Notes under the pieces: generated by a model
The model's input: only the letters and a program-made list of their open reading frames with translations
What the model was told of the DNA's origin: nothing
Databases searched by the model: none
Origin: Octopus bimaculoides
Lineage: Eukaryota
Direction: 5' to 3'
Assembly (NCBI RefSeq): GCF_001194135.2
Contig: NC_068997.1
Coordinates: forward strand, 3,143,418 to 3,190,434
Length of the DNA: 47,017 nucleotides
Part shown: positions 1 through 11,843 of the stretch, piece by piece
Position numbering within the stretch: position 1 is the first letter of the stretch
Layout: the number at the start of each line of letters is the position of its first letter
Position numbers and translations under genes: made by a program

Positions 1-814
1 TATATATATGTAATGTTTAGGAATGGATGAGGGACATGATTGGCTACTATTTCTCTCAAGTCGAGCGAGCGCTTAAAGCTTTCTTCCCGCCATTGATTGA
101 CATTAGTTGGCTTAGTCCAGTGATAGAGTAGACCGCAATTAATCAACTGTAGTCTAATAACATTTCATCAAAAACAATTTTATTAAATCGAGGAGAAACT
201 TTAATTATTATTATTTTGTAGACGTAATTACAAATATTAAACTAATACCATTGTAATCTGACCTTCAAATGATTTAATTATATGTAAATATGTTGAATAA
301 AACACTATGTAATCAAGAAAAATATCTTTATTCATGCAAATTCCAGAACTTCTAACAGGAGGCAATTCTTAATATTTTCTGGAACCATTGACTCTCTAAC
401 TCTGGTACAGAATTAAGTAATAATTTTGAGGTTAATTGATATTTTCATTCTCAGAAATTCACGATTTAGGTATCGTTGACAGAGTATGAAATCTGATTCT
501 GGGTAACAATAGAATCTTTTGTTTGAAGTAACAGAATAGGTGATACAACGCTGAAGAAGGGTAATAAGCCAGAAATATTTGGCGCATTGTCTACCGGTAC
601 TTCTAAGATTAGACTTAATCCTAACTGCATTAGTCTCATTCTAGTTTAAAGTAAATTTAATTAAATAAAATCGTGGTCTGTTTCTTATGTCTCTCTGGAT
701 TTGAAGTGACGATTCAAGTAAATATTATATTCGACGAAAGAACATTTTATTTAATCAAATTTCATTGACGCCATTAACAAACTTTGCATCCACAAATACA
801 TATTATATTCTTTT

Positions 815-1000
815 TATGCAGAGCGCGTCCCAAGGTATTTATTTCCACCCTCAGCCTCCTTTGTTTGGATGCCGCTTCCTGCTTTACCATACTTTACCGT
901 TACTTTGCATTTAACTCCAATATCCATTTGCATCTCGCCAGTTGCCAAAAGCTAAAACTAATTCCAAAATTCTATAAGTATCTGATCAGTTGAATAAATT
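815..1000 (-). mobile_element. Possible highly degraded non-LTR retrotransposon RT C-terminal fragment (R4/Dong-like)
   Basis: Minus frame reads EMQMDIGVKCKVTVKYGK...EGGNKYLG, similar to the DIxMxFGxxKC...RGK...YKYLG motif pair of RLE/RTE-type RTs. Short and stop-bounded. Confidence 0.3.
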
Positions 1001-1299
1001 TCAGCTTTACAATCGGCCTGCTTTGATTAGCGAACCTTTTAACATGTAAAATTGGTTAGAACAATGTTCTATAGACTATATTCTGGGAATTGAATTCATT
1101 CCTGACGAATAACTAATGGAAAAGTTTATCTTGATTGCATCTGAAATGGTTTATCATGTGCCAGTGAGTTGTAAAGTATCTACACCACGAAGCTTACCCC
1201 CCACCACACACACTCATACACAATTATATTATTATAAATATAATATATACACACATGCATGTATTTATATATTATACACACTCCCACAAAAACTCACAC

Positions 1300-1440
1300 A
1301 CATACGCGTACACGCGCACATACGCACACACACACACACACACACACAGACATATATATATAGATAGATAGATATACGTACGTGTGCGCGTATATATGTA
1401 TATTTATATTGATAGATGCTTACATGCACACACACACAGA

Positions 1441-1501
<61 letters not shown>

Positions 1502-1522
1502 ACACTTATACACACATACACA
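1300..1522. repeat. Compound microsatellite (CA)n/(TA)n/(CT)n
   Basis: Directly visible. Confidence 0.95.
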
Positions 1523-1639
1523 TAGTACCTGATTTGAGATAACGTACTTTAAACGTCAGGTCAGGAGAAAGCTCTTTGGTTACCTTAGATGAAGCCACTG
1601 CTTTTTCTCTCCTCAGAATGCGTACCAGCAGATCATTTT

Positions 1640-2200
1640 TTTAAGGCAAAAAGGTTTTACTCGAGTGTGAAAATGCGTTTCGAGTGGAAGATGTGGATGC
1701 TAAATATTTTAATACGTAAGTTACGCCACTTTGATCGTCAGCAATTCAGTTTTAATCGGAATATTCCAGAAAGCGTATTAGGAAATGTAGATTCGCACCC
1801 ACCAGATCAGGCATGCAATGTCAAATCAATAGTATCCATGCCGAAGTCACATCAAACACGCAATACAAAACGATCAAAAAGAAAGCGTATATATTGGTAT
1901 GTATAAGGGAGATTTGAGGAAACGATTTTGTAATGACGGTTCATCATTAACTCACAGGCAAATGTAACGCGACTTTCGAATGCCACATCTTGATATTTTG
2001 GATCAACGAGATACAGCTTCATTGCATCAGAAAAAAGAAGACATGTAAAAAGACAGGCTGCTGAAGCCGAACTACTACAACTATTGATATTGCAGAATTA
2101 ATATATTCACCTGATGTATCCATAACGTCGAGTTTCATAAATCCAATTGGAAGTTACCTCTTGCGCCAGGATGACTACACTTCAATTCACCAGGATATTG
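1640..2200 (+). mobile_element. Degraded Penelope-like element (Naiad-like linker plus GIY-YIG endonuclease) relic
   Basis: Joining frames across indels gives ...RHF...FNRN...ACNVKSIV/HAEVTSN...K/VYIGMYKGDLRKRFCN..SSLTHR/KCNATFECHI...EVTSC. This follows the order of the PLE linker (FNRN), Cys motif, GIY-YIG (VY..YIG) and terminal CRH region. It explains track ORF 1589-1906. Confidence 0.55.
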
Positions 2201-2964
2201 CAGCATGCCATTCGAAGACTTCATCTGATCAATGCGCATGCATAGCACATATATATACAATGTGACAAACTTAAGAAATACCTAGAATTTGAGGTATATG
2301 AATAAAGAATCGACATTAGATATCAATACCAAAAACTATCGAACCTTTCCTCAACCACACAAGAACCAACATTAAATATAAACACAAGTAAATTATGTTC
2401 CACGTAATAATGAATACATATTAGTGAATGTTTTTCTCTTTCAGAATTTCAACTGCATAAATTGTCGATGATCCAACCGGCGCAAGTTGTACCTTAAAAT
2501 TCTCAGATTTTCTCTCCCATTTATAAGCAAAATCAACATATCCACATAAATAACGCTTTTCTCGAAATAACTCGTACTACCAGCAACCAATTTCGGGACA
2601 CAATTGAGGAAAGTTAAGTAATATATCTTTTATCGGACAGTTAAGGAGATAGAGTGGCCACGAATAGATCGTATTTCGATCGAAGCTTTGCGCCCTGGGA
2701 CTAAACGACAACAACAACAAATACAACCGAACATTGAACAACATTACCGAACAAAAAAGTGAATAGAAACTATATCGAAATAAATCACCAACTCACTACA
2801 TCTCTGATATCGATCTATAACAAATCAATAATTTAATCAAATCTATTAATATTTATTGTAGTTCCTTTTACTTGATTTTAAAAACACATTTGCAGAGATT
2901 TTATCGATGAGAAATATTTTTCTTACAATACACTCCTAAATTCTTCATCACCAATCGCGAATTC

Positions 2965-3162
2965 ATGCGCACATGCATACGTTACTACGCACACGCTCCC
3001 GCACGAACACATAAACACATACATACACACTCATACACACACATAAACACATATACGAAGAAACACACACATAATGTCTCTGTGTGTGTGTGTGTATGTG
3101 TATATGTATGTATTAATCTACAGATACGTGTGTATATATATATATGTATGTGTGTGTGTGCG

Positions 3163-3223
<61 letters not shown>

Positions 3224-3285
3224 CTATAAATATATATACACATATGTATCTATGAATATATATATACACATACACATCCATGAAT
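2965..3285. repeat. Compound (CA)n/(TG)n/(TA)n microsatellite
   Basis: Directly visible. Confidence 0.95.
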
Positions 3286-3474
3286 CTCTAAGGACCTTCA
3301 ACCAACTTGTTCGTTAATGGACCATTCCTTGATGTCAGGAATTTTTACAGAGTTCAAGTAAGATTATTAACCGCTATATATTGTGAAACAGCAAACTGAA
3401 GGACTGTTTCGGTGCTAACAAAAACCGATATCTGAAAGAAGCGCATAGCATTTCTTATACATACAATACGTGTA

Positions 3475-3500
3475 TATCTATCTATCTATCTATCTATCTC

Positions 3501-3547
<47 letters not shown>

Positions 3548-3887
3548 CTCTCTAGATATTTATATATATATATACACACACGCATATATGTATTTGTATG
3601 TATATGTATATATATGTATGTAGGTACTTATGTAAATATATATATATAAATACATGTATATATATTATATCAGATACATATATATGCATGTATTCCCGAA
3701 TATATATATGTCTATGTTCGTGTGTGTATGTGCGTGTGACAAAATAACTAGATAAACAGCATTCCTCATGTACAGACACACACACACACACACATCTATA
3801 TACACACACGCAAACACACACGCACATGTATATACACAGACGCAAACATACACACGCACACATGTGCATGTTCTTCATGCACGAATA

Positions 3888-3930
<43 letters not shown>

Positions 3931-3962
3931 GCACATGCACACTCACATGTGTATATTAATCC

Positions 3963-4012
<50 letters not shown>

Positions 4013-4154
4013 ATGTATGTATGAATATATAAACCTGTATGTGTGTGGTATGAGTTAGATAACTGGGGAAGGAGAGAAAGAAAGAGAGAGCTAGAGAGAA
4101 AAAGAAAGAGGGGGAGGGAGAGAGAGATGCGCACACACCCATATGCATAAATAT

Positions 4155-4190
<36 letters not shown>
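3475..4190. repeat. Microsatellite cluster (TATC)n, (TA)n, (CA)n, (GA)n
   Basis: Directly visible. Confidence 0.95.
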
Positions 4191-4191
<1 letters not shown>

Positions 4192-4619
4192 CAGTTTAAA
4201 TTCCCAAAGCGCATATTCTTTATAGTGGAATCCAGTTTCTGTCATTGTAAGTGTTTACATAGAACTCCGCATAAGAATTATTTCATGCTGCTTACCTCTT
4301 TCATAAACTGAGCTATGTTTTTAACGCCGCTTCCTTGCCATAACCAATATAAATCCGAAGACAAATCGCACAGCGAGAAGCCTTTCTAGAGCGTTGTTGG
4401 ACATTAGTAAGAATTCCGAGATAAAACTGTCAGTTTGGAGTTGAGGATTACTTAGAATAATATAATACTAGCTAACAGCTCGCTGATACTGAAACACTCG
4501 CATGGTTTTATCTTTATGTTTCATTTATTCTTTTTTTTCATTTCACAGCTCCTGCATTTAATCAGAAATACAATTTTCGCACAGTTATTCGGTTTCTATT
4601 CGCACTTCCATTTTGTTCA

Positions 4620-4780
4620 TTATTATTATTATTATTGTCATTATTATTGTTATTATTATTATTATTATTATTATCATTATTATTGTTGTAATTATTATTA
4701 TCATCATCATTACTATTGTTGTTGTTATTGTTGCTGTTTTTTGTTGTTGTTATTGATGCTGCTGCTGTTATTGTTGTAGT
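4620..4780. repeat. Degenerate trinucleotide array (ATT)n/(GTT)n/(GCT)n
   Basis: Directly visible. Confidence 0.95.
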
Positions 4781-4905
4781 TTTCTTTTGCGTGTTTCCAC
4801 TGAACAACAGAGCACATATTTCTGCGCCTTGGGTATGAGCGCTACTTTGCTTCATTTTATGATTCCTCTACCATTTTAAAATCCTCTACATAATATATAT
4901 ACGTG

Positions 4906-4952
<47 letters not shown>

Positions 4953-6089
4953 NNNNNNNNNNACACACACTCACACACACACACACACACTCACACACAC
5001 ATATATATATATGTATACATATATATAAAGTCCCGGTGACTTTAGCTATGTATTTATCTGTGTTTTCTCCATTTTCTAAATCATTCTCATTGTACATATG
5101 ATCGGGATACGTTTCTATTTGCACTCCCTACATCCTGGTTACAACTCTGCGAGATATTCATACAGATACAACATCGCTGTTCCGGAAAATTATGTTCCAA
5201 ATTCTTCTCTGGAATACTGATTTATTTTGCCTTACTGAAAACACTCTCAATTAAACAAATATTAAATGCACCTGTAAATCAGTATAAATGATACACGTTT
5301 ATCAATTCTGTACTGTACAAGATCCAAATCTGTGCAAGGTAAGGTGCCTGTTAACTAGTCTGGAGTCCGTAGAAATTTGAATTTGCTGGTCGTAATCGTA
5401 AGTCAATACAGGTATAAATATCATGCGCGGGTGCACACACGCCCCGACTCCCCCACACATACTGTTACATATGGGCAACAAGCAAGACTGTTGTTAATTA
5501 TTTCGTCTTAACATTCCATATATTACATAGGTTATGTCTTTTGTTCCCAAAACAGAAACTAGCAAAACTATTTTCTGCTTTTGATAGTTACTGATTTTAA
5601 GCCCTATATTTTCTTGCATATTTCGTTTCGAGAAACATCCTCTGCTAACGTATTTTTCATCTGATCCTCTCCACCTCTATGTTTAGTTTTATGAGGTGTC
5701 GATCGAGATGAGATTTTTCTTGCAATTTGACCCCCATATGCCAAGCACTATGTCAACTCGGAATCAAAAGTTGTAAAACAACAGCGACGAGAAAAAGCGT
5801 TAGAGACACACGAGAAAAGATTAATGCACCTAGAGTAAAAGAGAGGTGTTATCTGGAGATGAGAAGGAATACTGCAAACCACCGACCATAGTAGGAGGGA
5901 AACTCGGTTTGAAAAAGATCCATAGTGTTAGGTCTTGAAATGGTCTTCGTGACCGAGTAATATATACCACAGTTCGGAGTTCAGCTCCCATTAAAAGTAG
6001 CATATCAAAAGCTGCAAGAGAATACATAGAAGCCATACCCGGGGGATGCTGCACTCCCTTAGACTGTCAGGAACTAATGAGCTGAAAAA

Positions 6090-7060
6090 AAAAATGTTTG
6101 ACGAGAGCTCTTCCTCTAAAGATTTCAGTAGCTTCCCTCCATAGCGAGTTTCTTTTTCCTAACATCGTGTAGTTCAATTTTTATGGTTTTCTTTAAAATA
6201 ATTTCTATTCACCTCTTCTCAGCCTAGCAATCCATTACTTTTGCCTCTGTTTTTGTATTTGTTGCCTTCTTTCAAAGTAAAATTGTCGTTGTTGATGTTG
6301 TCATTGTATCAATGTTTCGTAGCCATTTATTATTCTTTATTAGATATTTTTGCTACTTTCTAGTGGATATTTATTACATTTTTCTCGTTACTGAAAACTG
6401 TTAACACCAAGCATTCATAGTAAATATCTTCTGACGTTCTATATAGTGTTGTGTATTATAATCTCTGTCTTTATTTGACTTATTCTCTTGTTTATTTTTA
6501 TTTATTTACTTTAAACCCATTTAAGAATATTATAAATTATTTCCGAACCTGATAGACAATAGCTGCCTGTTGCCATATAGTTTTCTATTTTACTACATAC
6601 ATTTTTTATTCATAAATGTATTTGGCCTAACTCTTTTAACACCTATTTATTTTTTATTATCTAACATGACACTAATATTTTCTTATTCTACTCAACCCAG
6701 TCTTGACTTACCTTGTAAAACAAATTTCGCATAAATTACTGTAGTGATACCACAAATTGTCTGTAGCGGCGTTTCTAGTTATTTTTTTTTTATCTGTGGT
6801 AACCCATCTACATAAGGTAACTTAATCATCCTCCCATTGCATTTGTACAGGGATTTAGCATGATTTATCATGGCTGTGGATGAAAACGTCTAACACCAGA
6901 CAGCTACGTATTTGTTCTTGCACCTGCAAAATCTTTTGACATTTAGCAATGGCATATTCGTGGTATCTGTTTTTTAATGGTGCCACACTTACCCATGGTT
7001 AATGCATTTGGAATCCATAACAAGAGATTATCATCTAAACACTTACGGTAGCCTGTCTAT
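6090..7060 (-). mobile_element. Possible old Penelope-like element relic (RT thumb, linker, GIY-YIG end, decayed hammerhead-like terminus)
   Basis: Minus-strand fragments in the expected order: W..K CGTIK (~6985), IKLPYVDGLPQIKKKI (~6810), NDNFTLKEGNKYKNR (~6280). They are followed by TAGAGGA-A-GAGCTCTCGTC-AAACATT (6090-6120), which resembles the hammerhead-like motif at 19121. Many stops and indels. Confidence 0.4.
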
Positions 7061-7264
7061 TCTTTACTCAAACACTACTCTTTATTTTGTATTTTTCGTT
7101 TATCGCTGTTTATGGTAAGTAATTAATCTTTAGAATCATGTGAATCTCTACAGATTCCTTGCAGATTTAGAATAAGTATTTTTTTCCCTGGTTATTTATT
7201 TAATTCTCTGCAATATTAGTGTACACTCGGAAGATGATTGAAATGGAAGCTGCGATTTCAGAAA

Positions 7265-7282
7265 TGAATGTATGTATGCATG

Positions 7283-7316
<34 letters not shown>

Positions 7317-7506
7317 TGCATGCATGCATGTATGTATGTATGTATGTATGTATGTATGTATGTGTGCATGCTCGTATATAAGCTGAGAGAAAAGCAATTA
7401 GAAGCACGTATGAAGAGCAGGTGGTTAAAAATACTCTGCATATATATATGCGTGTGAGTGTGTGTGTGTGTGTGTGTGAGTATTGTGTATGTGTTTGTAT
7501 TCGCGC

Positions 7507-7553
<47 letters not shown>

Positions 7554-7555
7554 TG
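7265..7555. repeat. (TATG)n and (GT)n microsatellites
   Basis: Directly visible. Confidence 0.95.
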
Positions 7556-7786
7556 TAATACGGACTCTTTCGTCGAAGACGACGTATAAGTGTTCATATT
7601 TTGGTCGAACGACCTTCGCAAATGATTTATTTATAATGATCAAAGTTCATCCCGCACGTTAACTTATTCTCTCCATCAAATCATGATTTCAGTTACTAGA
7701 ACGAATGGTGCGTTGTGCGCTTCAGCAAAACACTTCTTTTCACGATGCTCTGAGATACGTACTTACATAATGCATACATACATACA

Positions 7787-8622
7787 TAGTGAGAATTTAC
7801 CGACAAACAAAAGACAAAGACGGGTGTGTAAACAACAAACAGATGTATTAGTTTAACGCTTGGGAAGTGAGAAAGTCTTTTACGTTTCGAGCCTACACTC
7901 TTCGACAGAAAGGAACACAGAAATAAACAGAGAGAGAAATTAGAAAAAGGTTTAGTGGCTAGCGATCTATCATGGCGAATGCCGGACAGAGAGGTCACAA
8001 AGGAGAGCTAGGAAGAAGGGGAGATAATAAAGTAGTGGTAATCCCAAAACGAATGTGCGCATGCATGTGCATGTGAGAGCGTGTATGTGCGTTTGGAAGG
8101 GGGACGGTGACTTTGACGTGCGCGTGTGTGCATGTGCAGGTGTGTGGATGATGGTTCGGGTGCTGGGAAGAAGTCAGTGCTAGTGTGTGCGCTGGTGTGG
8201 GTGCTGGGAAGTGGTCAATGCTAATGTGCGCTGGTGGTGTGATGTGCTGTGGTGTGGTATGGTGGTGTGTGGTGTGTGGTGTGATGGTGTGGTGTGGTGG
8301 TTTGTGGTGTGGTGTGGTGGTGTCGGGGTGTGGGGAAGGCGAGAGTGGGAGGTAAGGGATGGGATGGGTGGGNNNNNNNNNNNNNNNNNNGGGTGGGGTT
8401 GGAATGTGTAGGGGTGGGGTAACGTGGGAGTGGGTGACGATGAAGACAGAGGGTGGAAAGGACAAGGTGGGTAGGAGTGAAGAGTGGCAGTAGGTGTCAG
8501 AGCAAGAGAGGAGAGGTGGGTGGGAGAAAGTAGGTGTGAGAGGAAGAGAGAAGAGAGGAGGAAGGTTAGGTGAATAGGGGAGGGGAGTTAAGCCCATGTG
8601 GCGCAAAGAAGCAAAGAGAGAA
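7787..8622 (-). mobile_element. Penelope-like element 3' end (last GIY-YIG codons, C-rich 3' UTR, pLTR with hammerhead-like motif)
   Basis: 8622-8570 reads SLCFFAPHGLNSPPLFT*, matching SIHSFALHELNTPLF at 35412 in the other copy. 7787-7990 is homologous to 35951-36072 (GAAACRTAAAAG.CTTT...AAACTAAT.CA..TG.TTGTT). Confidence 0.75.
7877..7912 (-). ncRNA. Minimal hammerhead-ribozyme-like motif (variant core)
   Basis: Minus strand CTTT-CTGTCGA-A-GAG(TGTAGG)CTC-GAAA-CG-TA-AAAG. Stem I is 4 bp and perfect, stem II is 3 bp, and stem III is the palindromic ACGT. Core A6 is replaced by T. Confidence 0.5.
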
Positions 8623-9134
8623 CATACATAGATGCATAACATAAATACATACATACATTTAACATACATACATAATACATGCATACATACATGACTGATA
8701 TACAAATTTGCATATGTGAGCGCACACAGATATGTATGTGTGCATACATATGCACGAGCGTGTATACATACGCGCACACATACGCAAAACAGAGAGAAAT
8801 AGAGAGAGGATTGAAAGATACTTTGGATATTGGCAATTGAGAATTAATGAGACAAAGAATGGTTACATATGTTTGTGTGTGTGAATGTTTCTGTATTCGT
8901 GTCAGTGTGTGTGAGTGTGTGTGCTTGCGTATGCGTGTGTGTTTCTGCATTCATATGTGTGTTTGTCTGGCTGTGTCTTTTAATAGTACGCAAAGAAACA
9001 CTAAGGAAGATGTTTACAGTCCCAAAGTATAAAACGTAACAAATGAAGCATAAGAAATATATTTACAGAATTAATGAGATAGGGAACGATGTATATTGAC
9101 TACTGTTTCTTCTTGTGTACTTCTATATACGTCA

Positions 9135-9178
<44 letters not shown>

Positions 9179-9944
9179 GTAGGTATTTATATAAGTGGGT
9201 TTGAGTGTGTATGTGCATGGACACATGTGTTTTGGTTAAGAGTATGGTGTAGTTAATTTTGGGAGAATAAAGGAACACGATGCAATTCCTTACCATTTCT
9301 CCAAATATTTATTGCGTAATTGATACGGAAAACAGATATCAAAGTAAATATTCGCAGATTTCTTAAGTGATATGCGAAACATGACAAAGTCGGCATGGTC
9401 TCATGCTCAGTAGAATATCGCAGTGGGTGTATTAGTTTCGCTGCTTGAGAGATGAAAACCAATATTCAACTAAAATCGAAATTAATCAAAATTCGTTACC
9501 GGTTGCACAAAGTTATATTTAATCCTCCGAAACAGAGGCGACTTCAAAGAAAATATAAATGGAAGAATGTAATATGGTAAGTTGTCTTCAGATGTAGCAC
9601 TTTAGATATAAATCGTACAGATATTATGTAAATTAAATATGGACGTTTTGAAAGGAGAGCTTTATAAAAACAGAACTACTGCTTCGAGCGAAACCACGAT
9701 CATTGCTATTTATTTTTGATTCGTTTTGTAGATATCACATCAAATATACGTTGTTAATGCGTGTAAAAACATCATCTCTAATCCGATATGTTTATGTGTT
9801 TCAGTCATTGCTTACTTTTGAAAATATCTGTTTGTCTTAGAGTAGAATAGTTCTGAGGATTGTATTCTTAAGTATTTTAAATATGCCATGTAACTAGCAC
9901 GTCAACTAATATTTCCTCAAATCTGCTATGAGTGTAGGAATATC

Positions 9945-10100
9945 CGTGTGAATAAGTTTCTTTCACAATCTTATTTACATCCAGGTTCAGTTTCCAAACT
10001 ACCCTCTGGATTCCTGGGCAAGTGCCTTCTGCATAACCTCAACTCAAGTCGATCAGTTTATTGTGCATGAAATTATATCGACAGAAAGTCTCAGCCCTAA
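9945..10100 (+). mobile_element. Degraded SINE family B head
   Basis: AATAAGTTTCTTTCACAA...CCAGGTTCAGTT...CTGGGCAAGTGCCTTCT aligns by eye with the heads at 23442 and 31766. Confidence 0.45.
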
Positions 10101-10336
10101 CTTCGACCAGCAACTGGGTTCAAGTTGAGGTCAACAGTACATACCCCCACCTCCAATAGAACATTAGATAACAAAATTTTACTTCAACCAATTCACTTCG
10201 AATATGGTCAAATGGACGGACCTTGGTGAAGGTGCACCGACAATATTGCCAAGGTTGCATCCGCAACACTGAGTAGTCGCTGTAGGTCATTATAAAATAC
10301 TGTAACTGAAAAATAAATACTCTTTATTATCATTAA

Positions 10337-10568
10337 TACTATATGCACAAATATGCAGGAAGTAAATAGAGACCTTTAATTTTCAAAATCTTTTATTTAA
10401 TACGCAAAGCGAACAATTGAAATGTAATTGATAGGTTGGATTACATACTTTAGTATTTAGTTGACATTGCCTTTGCAGTTTTTAATTTAGAAACTCTTTT
10501 TGGCAATGTGATTGTCTCTTGTAGAATTTCTGCCCACTTTTCACGCAACAATTGAAACAATTCATATA
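10337..10568 (-). mobile_element. Tc1-type transposon 3' relic (transposase C-terminus plus probable terminus), interrupted by the mariner
   Basis: Minus frame YELFQLLREKWAEILQETI..LPKRVSKLKTAKAMSTKY* (stop at 10450-10452) matches the Tc1 C-terminus (L..EW..IPQETI....MP.R...VI.AKG..TKY). TACTATATGCACAAA at ~10337 resembles a Tc1 terminus. Confidence 0.6.
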
Positions 10569-11843
10569 TTAGGTTGTCAAGAAAATTCGTACGGTTTTTA
10601 ACCTTTAAATTCAGATGCACATTTCTTAGATCAAACAAAACTTTTTTAATCGAAATAAACACCATCAGAATCAACACACTTTTGCCAACGCGAAACACGT
10701 TTATTTATGTCAGTAGCGTACAAATTCTGCGTTCTGGTGGTGATGAAGTTGTTGAAGGCGTGTTTGGCCTCGTCTTTGTTTTTGAAGCATTTCTCACGCA
10801 GGAAGTTGTCGAGATGCTTGGAAAAATGGTAGTCGGTAGGTGAGAGGTCTGGTTAGTATGGAGGGTGAGGCAGAGTTTCGTAGCCCAATTCGTTCAACTT
10901 CTGCAGGGTCAGTTGTGCGACGTGCGGCCGAGCGTTTTCATGGAGAAGGATTGGTCCTTTTGTATTGACCAATATTGGCTGTTGTCGGAGTTTCTTATGC
11001 ATTTCATCCATTTGCTGACAGTACTTCTCCGCCGTAATGGTTTCGGCTGGATCCCAAAAGCTGTGATGGATGAGACCGGCCGCAGACCACCAAACAGTCA
11101 CCATGACCTTCTTTTGGTGCAACTTTGGCTTCGGAAAGTCCCGTGGAGCTTCGTCGGCGTCCAACTACTGAACTGAGCGTCGCCGGTTGTAGTAAAGAAT
11201 CCACTTTTCATCGCAATCCAGTCGAGAAACAGGTCGTTCTTGTTGCGTAAAGGAAGGGAAGACGACACTTCAAAACGGTGATTTGTTTTTTTTTTGTTTT
11301 TTTTTTGTTGTCGTTCAATTCGTGCGGCGCCCATTTCTTAAGTATTTTTGTTTTTCTAATCTCTTTCAAGTGGATGGAAATTGTTGTATACGTTACGTCT
11401 AATCCAGACGCAATCTCTCGAACAGCTGTGCGTAGATTCGCTTCGACTAAGGCTCTTAGCTGATCGTCGTCAACATCCCACGGCCGACCACTACGCTTAT
11501 CATCTTCAAGACTCTCGTCACCGCTACGAAATTTCTTGAACCACCATTGTGCTGTACGTTCATTAGTGGTTCTTCGGCCAAACGCATTGTTGATATCGGG
11601 AGCTGTTTCAGCAGCTTTTCGGCCTAGCTTGAACTGGAATAAGAAAATTGTGCGAATTCGGTTTTTGTCCCTGTTGTATTCAACGTTCCGGAAAAAAATG
11701 GATTAATAATTCAAAAAGGAAAAAGAGTAAAACGATTAGATAGAGCGAGCAACGGGCTTTAAAATGATATATAAAGTCAATGTAATTTAACGAAAATTAA
11801 TTTGAAAATACCTCATTTAAAATCAAAATTAAAAATTCCGCAA
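10569..11843 (-). mobile_element. Mariner DNA transposon, cecropia/Hsmar1-like, near full length; 5' TIR lost in the gap
   Basis: TA at 10567-10568 is followed by the TIR TTAGGTTGTCAAGAAAATTCGTACGGTTTTT. A transposase pseudogene lies inside, and AAAAATTCCGCAA just before the gap resembles the inner end of the other TIR. Confidence 0.93.
10646..11672 (-). pseudogene. Mariner DD34D transposase pseudogene (Hsmar1/SETMAR-type)
   Basis: RDKNRIRTIFLFQFKLGRKAAETA..NNAFG...NERTAQWWFKKFRSGDESLED..RSGRP...KWAPHEL..NHRFEVSSSL..DEKWILY..KKVMVTVWWSAAG..LLHENARPH..LPHPPY*PDLSPTDYH..RWQKCVDSDGVYFD*. Lesions: probable start ATG>AGG, poly(A) frameshift after WAPHEL, small deletion before DEKW, W>stop in VQ*LD, HDN>HEN, YSP>Y*P. 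Confidence 0.93.

Noticed and set aside
1589-1906. 105-aa ORF as a host exon
   Set aside because: It is better explained as part of a frameshifted PLE relic.
5830-6085. 74-aa minus ORF with a nearby strong acceptor (TTTTTTTTTCAG)
   Set aside because: No recognisable product; the T-tract belongs to the decayed PLE terminus, and the ORF frame has a stop just after the acceptor.
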